A stretch of 64,000 bases of DNA from Vicugna vicugna (GCA_013265495.1 MU057801.1:1791879-1855878); one strand, 5' to 3'. Shown: positions 1 to 11,845, counted from the first letter of the stretch. A program made the numbers and translations. The notes: generated from the sequence alone by a model not told the origin.

Positions 1-423
1 GACAGTTCCAGGGCCGACCATAAAAGGTCAAAGAGCGGGCGGTGGCCCAATTCCTGGGAATCCAGCCCCTTCCCTGAGGAGGTCGGCATGGTCCTCCCAC
101 TTGTTGGCATATGAAGCTCCCGAGCCCGTAAAAACTAACCGCCCCGCACCTCGGGGCCGCGCTCCCTTCTGTGTGAGACGCCGCACTGGGTCTATGGAGT
201 GTGTGTTCTGAGCTCCCCCCACCACGCCGCATGGCCTGCCCCTGCACTCTGAAACAGCCTGCGCTCTATGGAGTATGGATCTCCCTAAATTAACCCCTAC
301 CTTTACTCAGCTGCGGCTCCTGTGCGATGCCGAGGGCCAGCACCTGACGAGGCCCATTCCAGGGGCTCCACCGAGCCCTGGCACACGGCCCTCCTCTTGC
401 CCCACATTCGTTTTCCTGTATCA
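1..423 (+). mobile_element. ERV1-type LTR remnant, cut by the window start
   Basis: LTR-like layout: TATA-like CCCGTAAAAACT (~126-137), internally repeated TCTATGGAGT, poly(A)-signal-like AAATTAA (~287) and a ...CCTGTATCA end. Family not identified. Confidence 0.45.
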
Positions 424-596
424 GCAGGGCTGAAGTCAAGGGTTTGGGTCTCCATCAGCAGTAACCACAAATCTTCATGAAACAAGTAGATTCCAGAGAC
501 ACCAGCTACAGCAGAAAATGCCCAGACCATAGGCGCCGACCACTGAGAAGACACAATCTACCCCGAAGGTGGACCATAAGCCTGCAAATGTCAGCG

Positions 597-919
597 CAGT
601 CAGCGCCCTGTGTCTGTGGGTTCTGTATCCATGGATTCAACCAACTGTGGGTAGAAAATATCCTCCCGCCTTCCAAAAAATATTCCAGAAAATTCCAAAA
701 AAGCAAAACTTGAATTGCTAAGCTGACAACTATTTACAGAGCATTCACGTTACATTAGCTATTGTAAGTCATCTAGAGAGGACCTAAAGTATACTGGAGG
801 GTGCGTGTGGGTTGTACGCGAACACTGTGCCATTTCACACGAGAGACTTGCGCCTCCGAGGGCCTGGGTGTTGGCAGGTGTCATGGAACCAATCTCCCGC
901 GGGCACCATGGGATGACTG
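597..919 (-). mobile_element. MER2-like TcMar-Tigger non-autonomous DNA transposon
   Basis: CAGTC...GACTG termini; internal GGATTCAACCAAC, ACAACTATTTAC, ATCTAGAG, TAAAGTATAC and GGAACCAATC match the reverse complement of the recalled MER2 consensus. Confidence 0.8.
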
Positions 920-1529
920 TGTATCACATAAACTTGTGTGGTGTCCCCAGCAACACTTCTGAGAACTGAGAAGGTAAGTCTGCACGATCTCCAGGCAGCC
1001 AGCTGAGCTTCCAAGCTGGCTGGTAATAGTAACGACCAGCCAGTGGCTGCTCCTCAGGTGCCTGACTCACTCCGCGGCTCAGGGCAGCAGGGCAGCGCCG
1101 CAAGTCCAGGACGGGCTGCCTTCCAAGTCTGTCTTCCTAACGATGGGGTGACACGGCGCCCAGACGCCTCAGTGGTGCCTGCGGACAAGCTAGCACACCT
1201 GGGTGAAGAATGGGGGTAAAGAAGGAAAGAACAGCAAGAAAGAGCAGCTAGCTCCCTTTTACCCCATCGGAGTAGGGTGGACCCAGGATTTCAAACGCAG
1301 CAATGAATGGCTTAGGTCCAGGTTCTTCTCTGCCACCACAACACGGGTTGCAGTAGTTGAGTCATCCTGAAGAGGTTACCGTATGTTTGGTGTGGCCTGA
1401 GAAGGCAGATACACGTGTAGTGTTTTTGAAATACTTCCCTTGGAATGGTTAAAATCGCTAGTCTTTGTTTTTCTCATGGCGGTGTCCTAGAAACGAAGTC
1501 CTTTTGCACGCAACAGGGGGCGAGGCTGG

Positions 1530-1615
1530 CCTGGCTTTAAATTCTGGCTCTGCCACTTGCTAGCTTTGTAATTTCGAGCAGATAGCGAACCTCAGTCTGT
1601 CACCTTTAGAATGGA
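1530..1615 (+). mobile_element. MIR SINE fragment
   Basis: CTGGCTCTGCCACTTGCTAGCT...AACCTCAGT...TAGAATGG MIR core. Confidence 0.6.
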
Positions 1616-1789
1616 CTCACGAGCACCAGGTTCGGAGGGGGCCGACGGCAGAGGCGGGTAAACTGTGCCGAGAGCAGGAAGCACTCGGCGCAAAACAAGA
1701 AAGGAAATTAAATGCATGAGATAAAAAGGCAGGATCTGTCAGTCTGGAGACGGAATTCCAAGGCGAAGACGCATTTTCACGCCCTTTGG

Positions 1790-2710
1790 GCTGACGTGGG
1801 GGCGGGGGCTGGGCTGCAGGCGCGCAGCCCCGCTCCGCTCCTTCCCCACGGAGCCGGCAAGAGGCTGCGCGCGCAGCCGGGGCCCGGGAGGCAACGGCCG
1901 GGGCCGCGCCCTGCGCGCGGCACATCGCGGCCAGGGAGCCCGAGGCTGGGCGGGAACGGAGCGCCGCGCGCGGAGCCGGAAGGGGGCGGCGCGGCCGCCG
2001 GGGGCGGGGCGGGCGGGCACCTCCAGGGCTGGACTCTGTGCGCCGGGCGGTCGCCGCCCCCTCCCCGCCCCCCGGCCCCGCGGCTGTGGGCCCCCGCGAC
2101 TGGGCGCGCGCGCCTGTGTGCCGATAAAACTTTATTTACCAAAGCAGGTGGTGGGCAGGATTTGGCCCCGGGGCCATAGTTTCCCAGCTCCCGCCATAAG
2201 TGGACAAATTAAAAAAAATTAGAAAATTAAAACTTGGAACCTCACCATTAAGGCATTTCCTAAATACAAGGGATCCAAAGCAAGGTATTAAAATCCTGAA
2301 ATCCAGTCCAAGAAAATTTATGGGAAGAGATGATTCACGCCATGAAAAACAAGCGGCCTTCCTATCTTAGGACTGACTCCCAGGAAAATACCTCGGGTCC
2401 GGAGTGTTTGCTCTGCTCTGTGTCTGAAAATACACCTTGAACAGAGCATTCAAACGTGTTCAAATGCGATGTCATCCAGCCAGAGGCGGCGGCGCGGAGA
2501 CGCGGGGGGCCGGCAGCCAGAGGCTGCTGGGAACAGAGAGGTTTATGTTTCGAGGGCGGGGAGGGAGCGCGCGCGCGCGGTGGGTCGGCCGCGCTGGCAG
2601 CGGGGCGCGCTCGCTGGCGCTGGGCTCCCCCGGCAGGACAGGCACAAGGGGACCTTCTTTCTCTCCGCGGCGGAGGAAGCCGGACGCCCGAGTGATTTCA
2701 CGATGCCATG
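1790..2710. promoter_or_regulatory. CpG island, bipartite (~1790-2120 and ~2480-2710)
   Basis: Very high GC and CpG density, GC boxes (GGGGCGGGGC near 1799 and 2001), GATA and forkhead-like GATAAAACTTTATTTAC near 2123-2139. Possible minus-strand splice donor at 1620/1621. Confidence 0.8.
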
Positions 2711-4176
2711 ACTGGCCTGTTGAGACTTTATTGGGCGAGTCACACACAGAGATTCTCTTAAGGAATCCTAAGGCATTTGCTGGGAGGGACCGCTGTCTGA
2801 AGGTCAAAGGAGAAAATGGCTCAGTTTCCTGACGAGCCCATGGTTACTATCAGCAAACCAAACAGTGAGCTGGGAACACGGCTGCGTGATGTAAGCTTTA
2901 TGAAGGGAGGGTCACTCAGCGGGAATCTCCATCAAGAGGCTCAGGACACAAAGAGCAGCCACTCGCTCAGGAACGCCTGCTGCACGTGGGAAGGCCGGGC
3001 TTCACCTCCCAGTGGCGCTTCTGACTCCATGCACAGCGGGCAAAATGGTAGAAAGGACGGGTGGGCATCGCAGATCCAAGCATTTCTGCTCCTGCATCCT
3101 CAGAGAAGACACGCCGTCCAATGACAGATGAGCAGCCCCCGAGTCCTGAGTTCACTCGCCACCAAGCTGAGAAGGGGACGAGCAAGGGGCCCAGCCGGCC
3201 CTCCAGCATGTGGGACTCTCTCCACGAAGCGCACCTGGAAACATCCCACAAGGTCCTGTGCCACCAGAAGAGGGTGCATGGTCTTGAATCTGCCTAGAAA
3301 TCTCGGGAGTTTCAGAGGAGAAATCTTCAGGAGCTGGTGCGCCGCGTACCCTGTCCTGCTTACTCTCGAGGGTGCATGGAAGGTCCTGTATCCACGCTGG
3401 GGAAACACGAAGTTCAGTTTCCAAGGTTCAGAGCTCGCTCTTGTTTTCTCTAAGATGCCCTCTACCCTTCAAGGTCGTTTCTTCTACAATCTGTATTTAC
3501 CTAGGCTTTGAATATGCTTTGGGTATTAGAAATTAGAAGAAATCGAGACGTTGAGCTTTTGACTCCATTTAAATGTTTGCTTCCCACAAACATGATGGGA
3601 TGGTGATGACACAGAGGGAAGCTGTTTCTTAGTTCTACTGTAAAATGTTGTACATTTGTATTTCTTTGCTGAATCATTCCAGATGTTTCACTAGAGGTGC
3701 GTTCTTTGAAGAAAAAACTTACAAAGGCAAAGCGTTTGCTATTTCCTTTTTTCCAGTGCATTTTTCTCTATCATTTAACATTTGCATTTTTTTAACTTGA
3801 AGGACGTATTTCATTCTGTATCGATTGTTACCTTACTTTCAAACAGAAACAAGGGATTTAAAAAAACTGCTACAGAATCTGATATGTACCAGTATAACGT
3901 ATTTTCTGTGTATTTTGACTATGAGTCAATTTGAAAGCAGCGATTTAAAACTCACTTGAATGCCTACTTTAGTCTAGACAGCACCCATGACATAAAAACA
4001 GTCCTACAATCAAATTAGTAGTCAAATAACCAACGGCAAGTGGAAAACCGGTCAACGTATTATTTCTTCCATAATCGAATTCAAAATGCAACATTTAAAC
4101 ATGTAAATCTGCCTTTTCAAAGCTAGAGACACATTGATGAATATTCCTATGAATAGGAAAATATTTATTAAAACAG

Positions 4177-4190
4177 TGGCCACCTAGTGG
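4177..4190 (-). promoter_or_regulatory. CTCF motif candidate
   Basis: Minus strand reads CCACTAGGTGGCCA, matching the CCASYAGRKGGC core. Confidence 0.55.
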
Positions 4191-5724
4191 GGCTGACCTG
4201 ATTCTTTTAACCGTCAACACTCGGAAGAGACATCTGGGCCAAGAACCCACGGGCGACGGAAGCTAGAACGCAAAATACCGTCCACCTGTGATGGCCACTC
4301 AAGGTGGGAAACCACACTTCCGGTGCCGTCAGCGTACAAACCTGGAGAACAAAGTGCTAAATCAGATATTTCACTGGAGAAAAATGGTCCCCGAAACATT
4401 ACTTGAAGCATAGCTTCTTTGATAACGGCAACTTGGTCTTTGACTTCTTTAAACTGGGTTGGCCTCACAGAATGAGAAATGGGTAAAGGTTAAAATAACC
4501 TGTCTCCCCAGCGCTTTCCCTTCTTTTCTGTGGTCCACTTTCCCTCCCAGAATTCTCTCTACTCTTAATTGTTCACTTCTTTCCTCCCTTCACATGGTCA
4601 TATCAAAGCCACAGGTGAATTCATGACTTTACAGAGTTTCAAGGAGCCTTGCAAAGCAGAGTAAGTGACCTGATGATAACTCAGACTGTCTCTATAAGGC
4701 CGAGGGTGGGCTCCTGGCTGGGATCTACCAGGTTACCAGGAGGCACTTTTGGAACCTAGCTCACCAAACCTCCAGCGCAAGCACCAATCACACAAGTAGG
4801 AAAGCACTATATTGGGGGCTGGAAGTCCTGCCTTCCAACCTCACATCTACCAGACCGAACCTTGTGAACTTGGACAGGGCACTTGAGCTCCTTGAGGCCT
4901 GGATTCCTTCCCTGTCTCATCTAACTAGGTCACTTCCAGCATGAAAATTCTGTTACTCTAAACCTTATTTCTAACTGAATCTGTATGAAAGGTGTTCTAC
5001 TGCAGTTCCACTGAATTCAAGACAATGCGTGAAGCCCTTTGTGAGGTGGTAGCGTCTGCCTTATTAGCTGTGATTCTTGTTTATTCCGTCCATCACCTAC
5101 TTTGACAGCTACATTTGTAACTAAAGATGATTTTCCCTACCAAGTTTTTTCCCTTGGGGAGCTGGAGGTAAAATGTGTGCTCTGTGATGCGAGGAGCACT
5201 TCTCTGGGGTGTTGAATCCCTTTAACCAGACAGCAGTATCCGTAGGAGTCACACCTCCCAGGACTAGTGTGACAGTTCCATTTGCTTAAAGCTCACTGGG
5301 GAAATTTGCAGATATCTGCAATCACATTTCAGTCGGCTGTTTCCAGAAGGACAGCCATGGCACATGAAGCCAACCTCTATTTCCAAATCAAGTTACAAAG
5401 GTAAAATGGACAATGATGACTGATGAATACACTCACATCTGAATCATATTTATTCTTTGCCTTCATGTTGATGTCTGTGGTAGAGAAAATAATAATAATT
5501 TTCATCATGTTTGGGGGTATTAAATGAGATAATGTGTGTGCAATAGACGTAAAAGACTTGAAAATATAAGGTGCCACTCATAACTTCCTAATTTTTATCA
5601 TATAGTGACCCCAAACTTGAGGACATGGGCCTCAGTGCTCCTTCTGTGTTTTGGATGGCTATGGGGCAGCAGAAAGCCATTTGCAAAAATATTTACAGAA
5701 TTTATTTATAAATTTAGGAAGTGG

Positions 5725-5872
5725 TCTTACTTCATGGTATCTAGCAATAGACCACCCTGTGAAGTAGGTAAGAGAAGTATTATAACCCCCATTTAACAAG
5801 CTAATCTCCATTTAACAGTGGAGGCTCATAGGGGTTGAGTGCCTGCTTAAAGTCACTGCTCTAGTGACAGTG
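5725..5872 (-). mobile_element. MIR SINE fragment
   Basis: ACCCTGTGAAGTAGGT...CCCCATTT...GAGGCTCA...GGTTGAGTG...AAGTCAC, reverse MIR core. Confidence 0.6.
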
Positions 5873-5899
5873 TCTGGAATAATGTCTCCCAACATGGGA

Positions 5900-8170
5900 A
5901 AGCCCTGGATGGGATGGCTTCTAATTGGGTAATTCTACTTAACATTTAAAGAATTAACACCAATCCTTCTCAAACTCTTTGGAAAAATTAAAGAAGAGAG
6001 AACACTTTCTAACTCATTCTATGAGACCAGCATCACCTGATACCAAACCCAGACAAAGACACTAAAATAAAAGAAAACCACAGACTGATGTGCCTTATGA
6101 ATATTGATGTAAGCATCCCCACGAAATACTACTAAGCAGAATTAAACAGCATATGAAAATGAGTATACACCATGACTAAGTGGGATTTATTCCTGGAATT
6201 CAAGGATGGTTCAATACACAAAAATCAATCAGTGTAATATACAGACTGAATGGGAGAACCACATAGAATTATCTCGATGCAGAAAAACCACTTGACAAAA
6301 TTCAACACTTATTCATGATAAAAATACTTAACAAACTAGGAAGAGCAGGAAATTCCCTTGATAAAAAAAACATAAATGAAAATCTGACAGCTAACTTCAC
6401 ACTCAACAGTGAAAAACTGAAAGGATTCTCTCTCAGATTATGAAAAAGACAAGGATGTCTGCTTTCGTCACCTGTAACATACAACTGAAAGTTCTAGCCA
6501 AAGAAAAAGGCAAGAAGAAGAAGTAAAAAATCCACATCTGAAAGGAAGAAATAAAATCATCTATGTCAACAGAGGACATAACCTTATATGTAGAAAACCT
6601 TAAAGATCCCACATACACACAAAACTGTTAGGACAGAGAACTGAATTAACAAAATTGCAAGATATAAAATCAATACACAAAAATCAACTATGTTTCTATA
6701 CAATAACAATGAACAATCTGCAAAGGAAATTAAGAAACCAGTTCCATCTGCAATAGCATCAAAGATAATAAAATACTTAGGAACAAGCTTAGCCAAGAAG
6801 GTGAAAGATCTGTACACTGAAAACCATGAAATGTAACTTAATTTGCTGAAAGAAATTAAAAAGACACAAATAAATGGAAAGACATCCGTGCTCATGGATT
6901 AGAAGATTCAATATTCTGAAGTGGTCAGTAATACCCAAAATGATCTACAGATTGAATGTGATCCTTATATAAGTCCCAGCATTTTGGGAGGCAGAAATAG
7001 AAAAATCCACCCTAAAATTCATATGGAATCTCAGGAATCCCAAATAGAGTAACCTGTCTTGGACAAAAGGAAAACAGTAACAAAGTTGGAGGACACACAG
7101 TTCCTAATTTCAAGCTTACTACAAAGCTATAGTAATCAAAACAGTGTGGCATTGGCATAAAGGTAGACACAAAGACCAATGGAATAAAAGCAGAGACCTC
7201 AGAAATAAATCCTTGCATATACAGTAAGATGATTCTCAACAAGGGTGCCAAGACCATTCAATGGGGTTAGGGCAGTCTTTTCAACAAATGTTCACAAAAC
7301 TGGATATTCACATACAAAATGAATTTGAACCCTTACCTTAAGCCATATACAAGTAGATCCAAGATCTACAAGCAGTACCTGAAACCATTAAACTCTTAGC
7401 AGGAAACGTAGGAGAAAAGCTTCATGGCACTGGATTTGGCCATAATTTCTTTGCCATGACACAAAAAGCACTGTCAACAAAAGAAAAAAGTATACAAATT
7501 GAAAGTGAAAACCTTGTATTTCGGAGCAAGTCGTAAACACTATCAACAGAGTGAAAAGGCAGCCATAGAACGAGAGAAAATATTTGCAAATCGTGTGTCC
7601 AACAAGGAATTAACATCCAGAAAGTGTGAGCACTCATAACGCAGCAACCACAAAACAGACAACCCAGCGTGAAAGCAGGCAAAGGACTTGAACTAACATT
7701 TCACCCACAGAGAGTGACAGATGGCAGTAAGCACAGGAAAAGATGGACCAACAATCATCAAGGGCATGCAAGTGAAACCACACACACATGTCGCTTCACA
7801 CCCATTAGGGTGGCCGTTAGAAAAAACAAAAAGAGAGAAAAAACAGAAAATAGCAAGTGTGGACTGCAATGTGCAGAAACTGGGATCTCTGTGCACCGCG
7901 GGTGGGGGGGTAAAAGGGTGCTGGTGCTGTGGGAAACAGGGTGCGATTGCTCAAACAATTAAACATAGAAGCACCTGATGGTCTAGAAACTCCACTCCTG
8001 GATATTTACTCACATTAATTGAAACTGGGAACTTGAACAGGTGCAGAGACACCCACGTTCATAGCAGCATCATTCACAATAGGGACTTAATGCTGTTGAC
8101 TTACACATTTTAAAATGGTTAAAATGTTAAATTTTGTGTTACATATATCTTACCATGGAAAAGAAAAAAA
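5900..8170 (+). mobile_element. 5'-truncated degenerate LINE-1 (L1MB/L1MA-type): 3' part of ORF2 plus 3' terminus
   Basis: A-rich strand with L1 ORF2 motifs (AACTCATTCTATGAGACCAGCATC, CAAGGATGGTTCAAT, AAATAAATGGAAAGACATCC, GGTGCCAAGACCATTCAATGG) and many stops/frameshifts. Most of the 3'UTR is missing near 8080; ends AAAATGGTTAAAATG...A-tail. Confidence 0.93.
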
Positions 8171-8547
8171 TGCCATTATGAGTGGGAAGTCTACTCTCAC
8201 ACGTGGGCCCTCCCTCCCCAGGACAGGGCGACGAGAGGAAACCCAAGTTAGTGCGTCTCTGTGTGGCTCACGCTGACGCGGACTCTCCCGCCTCTTGCCT
8301 CCACCCACGTCGTCCCGCCGGCTTGGGTTTCTCTCCAAGGAGCGGGAGCCTCTGCGCCCAGCGCGACGGCGTGATCTCGTGGTGGGCGGGGCGTCGCTCC
8401 GTCCTTCCTCTGCCTCAGGCGGACCTCGCAGACTCGGAGGCTTTGTCTTGTGACACAGAGTGGGCTTCGTGAGAGCACGCAGCTCAGACGGGCACTCTGC
8501 TATGTGGGTTTGCAGCGACAGCACCTGTGGACGCAGATCCCAAAGAC

Positions 8548-8815
8548 CAGGGCCTGCAAACTCAAGGGACCGCGATGAGTGGAGACGGTGGGGAGATGCC
8601 TGCCGTGTGTGCACCCCACCCAAAGGGGGCAGCCTAAAGAGATGGGATTTAGTCTGTCCTCATTTTGTTTTTCAGATGAGCTAGAAAAACATATAATTAG
8701 GTGAATATTTATATTTTTACAGGGAGAAAAAATTTAATTTTAGAAACCGTGGCAAGTGAAACAAAACCCATCTGTGGGGTGAGGATGGCCCTCCAGCCCC
8801 AGTCTGCAACCTCTG
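8548..8815. mobile_element. hAT-Charlie MITE (MER58-like)
   Basis: Imperfect TIRs CAGGGCCTGCAAAC / GTCTGCAACCTCTG and a MER58-like terminal segment. Confidence 0.55.
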
Positions 8816-8827
8816 CCCTGCATGAGC

Positions 8828-8867
8828 ACACTTTATGACACTTTATAACACTTTATAACACTTTATA
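8828..8867. repeat. Tandem repeat (ACACTTTATA)x4
   Basis: Four 10-bp units, the first with one substitution. Confidence 0.95.
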
Positions 8868-9147
8868 ATGGCATGCGCGGCTCCTCAGTGCCTGGGCACG
8901 TGGGGAGCAAGTAACTCATTCCTCTGTGAGAAGAGTGAGCAGGGAGTGGACTTCCGCCTGGCTGGTTTCCTCCGATCGCTTCTGACCCGAGACCAGCAAA
9001 CCACATGCTGTTTGGGGAAGAGCTGCGTTTCTTCTAAGGAAAAGATCTTAGAAAAGAGTCAAATGGATTCCTGTTCTTTCAGATCTCTTTTTCGTTCTCT
9101 TCTTGTGACTCACAATTGTGGTGGCACATGGTGATGGAACCTGGTTG

Positions 9148-9165
9148 TTCTAGAAACTTCCTGAA
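9148..9165. promoter_or_regulatory. Heat shock element, 4 perfect nGAAn units
   Basis: TTCtaGAAacTTCctGAA. Confidence 0.5.
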
Positions 9166-9256
9166 GCAGCAGTTGCCACCTCCTGCCCTTTGGCCTTGGA
9201 CCACATGGCACAGGCTACGAGTGTTCAGGCATCTTTTGGTCTCAAGAGCCAAGGCT

Positions 9257-9397
9257 GGGGGAGGAGGGTACAGCTCAGTGGTAGAGTGCATTCCTAGCAC
9301 GCATGAGGTCCGGGATTCAATCCCCAGTCCCTCCACTAAAATAAATAAATAAATAAATAAACCTAATTACCACACACCCCCCAAAATAATATTAAAA
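9257..9397 (+). mobile_element. tRNA-derived SINE, camelid vic-1-like
   Basis: A box AGCTCAGTGG, B box GATTCAATCCC, (TAAA)n, ACCTAATTACC body, A tail and flanking AGCCAAGG target-site duplication. Confidence 0.9.
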
Positions 9398-9634
9398 GCC
9401 AAGGTCATTTCTCATTATCCGTTCCTCAGAAGAAAAGGTCACCCTTTCCAGAACAGCGTTCAGTTTGGTATGCTCAGGTCAGGGCTGTGATGCTGAAACA
9501 ACCAGACATGGGCTGGGTCAGGTTGCAGCTGATTTTTCCCCTCTTGCAAGTTTTCGATGATCTCCCAGGCTCCTACAACTTCTGCTTTTGAAGGGATAAA
9601 TTTGAGATGAAAGGAGTAGACCACTCACTCTTAC

Positions 9635-9811
9635 CTGGAAGTTCTGGAAGTTCTAGAAAGTTTTAAACGTACCACCTTCCTGTTATTTTTTCCATGCACG
9701 AAACCCTGAGGAGATGCAGAGTTAAAATTATGATATTCAGTCTCATCAAGTTGCTTCTCCTCCTTGGCCTCCTGTGTCCTCTCTGTGGCCCTGCTGGGGT
9801 CCCCCCTTGAC
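9635..9811 (-). other. Candidate spliced internal exon (177 nt), probably of a lncRNA
   Basis: Minus-strand acceptor CTCACTTCTATCTCACTGCCTCACAG| and donor CAG|GTAAGAG. Confidence 0.4.
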
Positions 9812-9889
9812 CTGTGAGGCAGTGAGATAGAAGTGAGCCCTGGGCAGGGGCAGAGGACGGGGAAAGGAACCACCCGGAAGATAACGTTG

Positions 9890-10364
9890 TGTCTGCAGTC
9901 AGGACCAGGGACTCCAGAAATGTCTACCTTCTCTAAGTAAAGGCCAGCAGAAGCAGCCAGCTAGAATTATAATGCTGCGGCTGCGCGTAAGAGAAGGACC
10001 CGGTGTAACCTGACCCAGTGAAGCTGCCCACAAGGGCATGGGCGTGAGCGTGCCAGGGCGCGGGGACCCTGAGCTGGCGGTCAGCCTGACGGCTCAAAGA
10101 ACCTGAGCTGATGATCAGCAATCAATCACAGAAACGCCCCTGAGCCAGGAAACAAGATGGACCCACAAAGGCGTGGCGCCGTCTTTCCTCGGGTGGACCG
10201 GCCACTCCTAGTTCTCGGGGTGGGGGGGTACTGTCTTTTACTACCTTTTTCTCTTTACTAATAAAAATCTTGCTTAGCTCACATTTTCTGTCTCTCGTTA
10301 AAAATTCTTTTTCTTTGGGGGACTAAGAACCAAGGTAATTCTTATGTCCCTTTTCCCGGTAACT
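9890..10364 (+). mobile_element. ERV1-type solo LTR (5' boundary uncertain)
   Basis: AATAAA near 10260 followed by a U5-like AATTCTTTTTC...ACTAAGAACC...CCCGGTAAC terminus. Confidence 0.6.
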
Positions 10365-11119
10365 GACCTACCCCGGCACCTGTGATTAGGGTCAAGTGAC
10401 CTCATGTGTGTAAACCCCTGTGATACAAAACCCGATGGCCTCGGACGTCTAAGTGCATTGTTGTGAAGTAATAATGCGGATTCCTCAAGCCATTCATGGA
10501 CCCCGTGTAATGACCCCACATGATGTACCACATTTGCGGTTTTCCTAAAGTCACATTTCTCTGCTCATCGGTCACACCTGCTGTGTGACCACGGCGTGGG
10601 AAGGAAGTTGCATCTCCTCGAGGGTGAGCATGTGCAAACGTGCCAACAAGCCCTTTTCTGAGCCGCCCTGTTGCGTTCCAACGATGCCCTGGAGTCCCGA
10701 TGGCCGTCCTCTTCCTGCAGGTGAGGAGCTCCGCGAAGTTGGAGCAAAGGTCACCCCTGATCCTTCCACGGGCATGAACCTGGCCTGTGGCACCGGCACC
10801 AGGGAGCCCCGCTGAGTCTGAGACAGTAAGCCCTGGGCCGAGGCGCCTGGGCCGCGCTGGGTCAGCGCCTGGACTTGCTTGTGTTTGCTCGCTGGTTCGC
10901 GCTTCCTGGCTGTGCCGGCGGAGTGGCTCAGACTCTCTGCACGGGGAGAAAACCAACCTTGAACCCCAGGTTCCGAAGTGTCATCTCAAATAACGAGCAT
11001 CCGAGGAGCCAGGCTTCCTGAGAATTCAGCTGGAACTTTCCAGAAAAAAAGGACATTGTGTTTTGGAAGCGGGTCTACGGAGAATGCCCCTTGTTTGGAG
11101 TGAATTTAAAGAAATGAGC

Positions 11120-11560
11120 CCTTGGCTTCCTTCTGCAGCCGGAAGCAGCTGGTTTGGCTTCGCTTTTTCCAAAGGCCTCCGGCCCCGCTTTGCCCGCCAC
11201 CGGCCGTGAAGGCAGGCGCGCGCCGGCGCCCGAGGGCGAGGCGGCTGACCGCGCATGCGCCGTCTCCGCGGGGCGCGCGGCTCCGGAAGCCGGAAGCCGG
11301 GCGACACTAACGGCCGCCGACCTCCGCCTCCGCGCTGGCGCCCGGCCTCGCGGGAGGGGCGATCGCCTTCCGCGGCGACACGCCGTTTCCTCCGCGCAGC
11401 GAGCGCGCCGATCCGAAGCCGCGCGTGTAACCGTGTCCCTGTGGGACGTGCCAGCCCTGCCTCCCCCCGGCCCGTCCGCACCGAGTCGTGCTTCGCCGCC
11501 TCGTCCGTCTTGCTTCTGAGGACCTCACACGGGGCCGGAGGCCGGGTGAGGGAGACAGAC
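11120..11560. promoter_or_regulatory. CpG-island promoter with NRF1 and tandem ETS/GABPA motifs
   Basis: GCGCATGCGC at 11251-11260; CCGGAAG at 11139, 11283 and 11290; plus-strand donor CGG|GTGAGG at 11545/11546. Confidence 0.75.
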
Positions 11561-11807
11561 TTTAGTTCCTGGGCCGTCAGCCTTTACTGGGCGCCAGCCG
11601 CGTGCTCGGCGCTGTCATGGCCCCGGCGGAGCCCAGGCAGGAGGCGCCTCCGTCCAGCACGGGCCACACTCTTGGACAAAGGGCAGAAACAAGAGCGTGG
11701 AGAACCTCCGGATTCTTCTCTTCGCCCGAACACAGCACCCACCCGCGTCTGCCCGCAGCCACGGGGCAGCGGTGCGGACGCCACAGACGGGGGACCGTGC
11801 ACCCTAG

Positions 11808-11845
11808 GGATGGGGCCGGATGGGGCCGGATGGGGCCGGATGGGG
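11808..11845 (+). repeat. Tandem repeat (GGATGGGGCC)x3.8
   Basis: Directly visible; contains four GGGG tracts. Confidence 0.95.

Noticed and set aside
683..695. Three-unit HSE TTCcaGAAaaTTC
   Set aside because: Lies inside the MER2-like transposon and is probably incidental.
1617..2832. Overlapping Gly/Arg/Pro/Ala-rich ORFs over the first CpG island (also at the 11, 30 and 48 kb islands)
   Set aside because: Open in several frames on both strands because GC-rich DNA lacks stops; no recognisable protein.
2816..3511. ORFs of 78-127 aa downstream of the first island
   Set aside because: No family recognised and no consistent exon structure.
4144..4159. TTCCTAT-GA-ATAGGAA inverted repeat, superficially FRT-like
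   Set aside because: Only 7-bp arms with the wrong spacer; expected by chance.
5900..8170. Functional reverse transcriptase gene (also 51197-53425)
   Set aside because: 5'-truncated L1 copies with many stops and frameshifts.
9257..9335. tRNA gene
   Set aside because: tRNA-like head continues into a SINE body, A tail and TSD, and similar copies recur in the window.
9636..9662. CTGGAAGTT tandem as an HSE
   Set aside because: 9-bp period puts the GAA/TTC units out of the required 5-bp phase.
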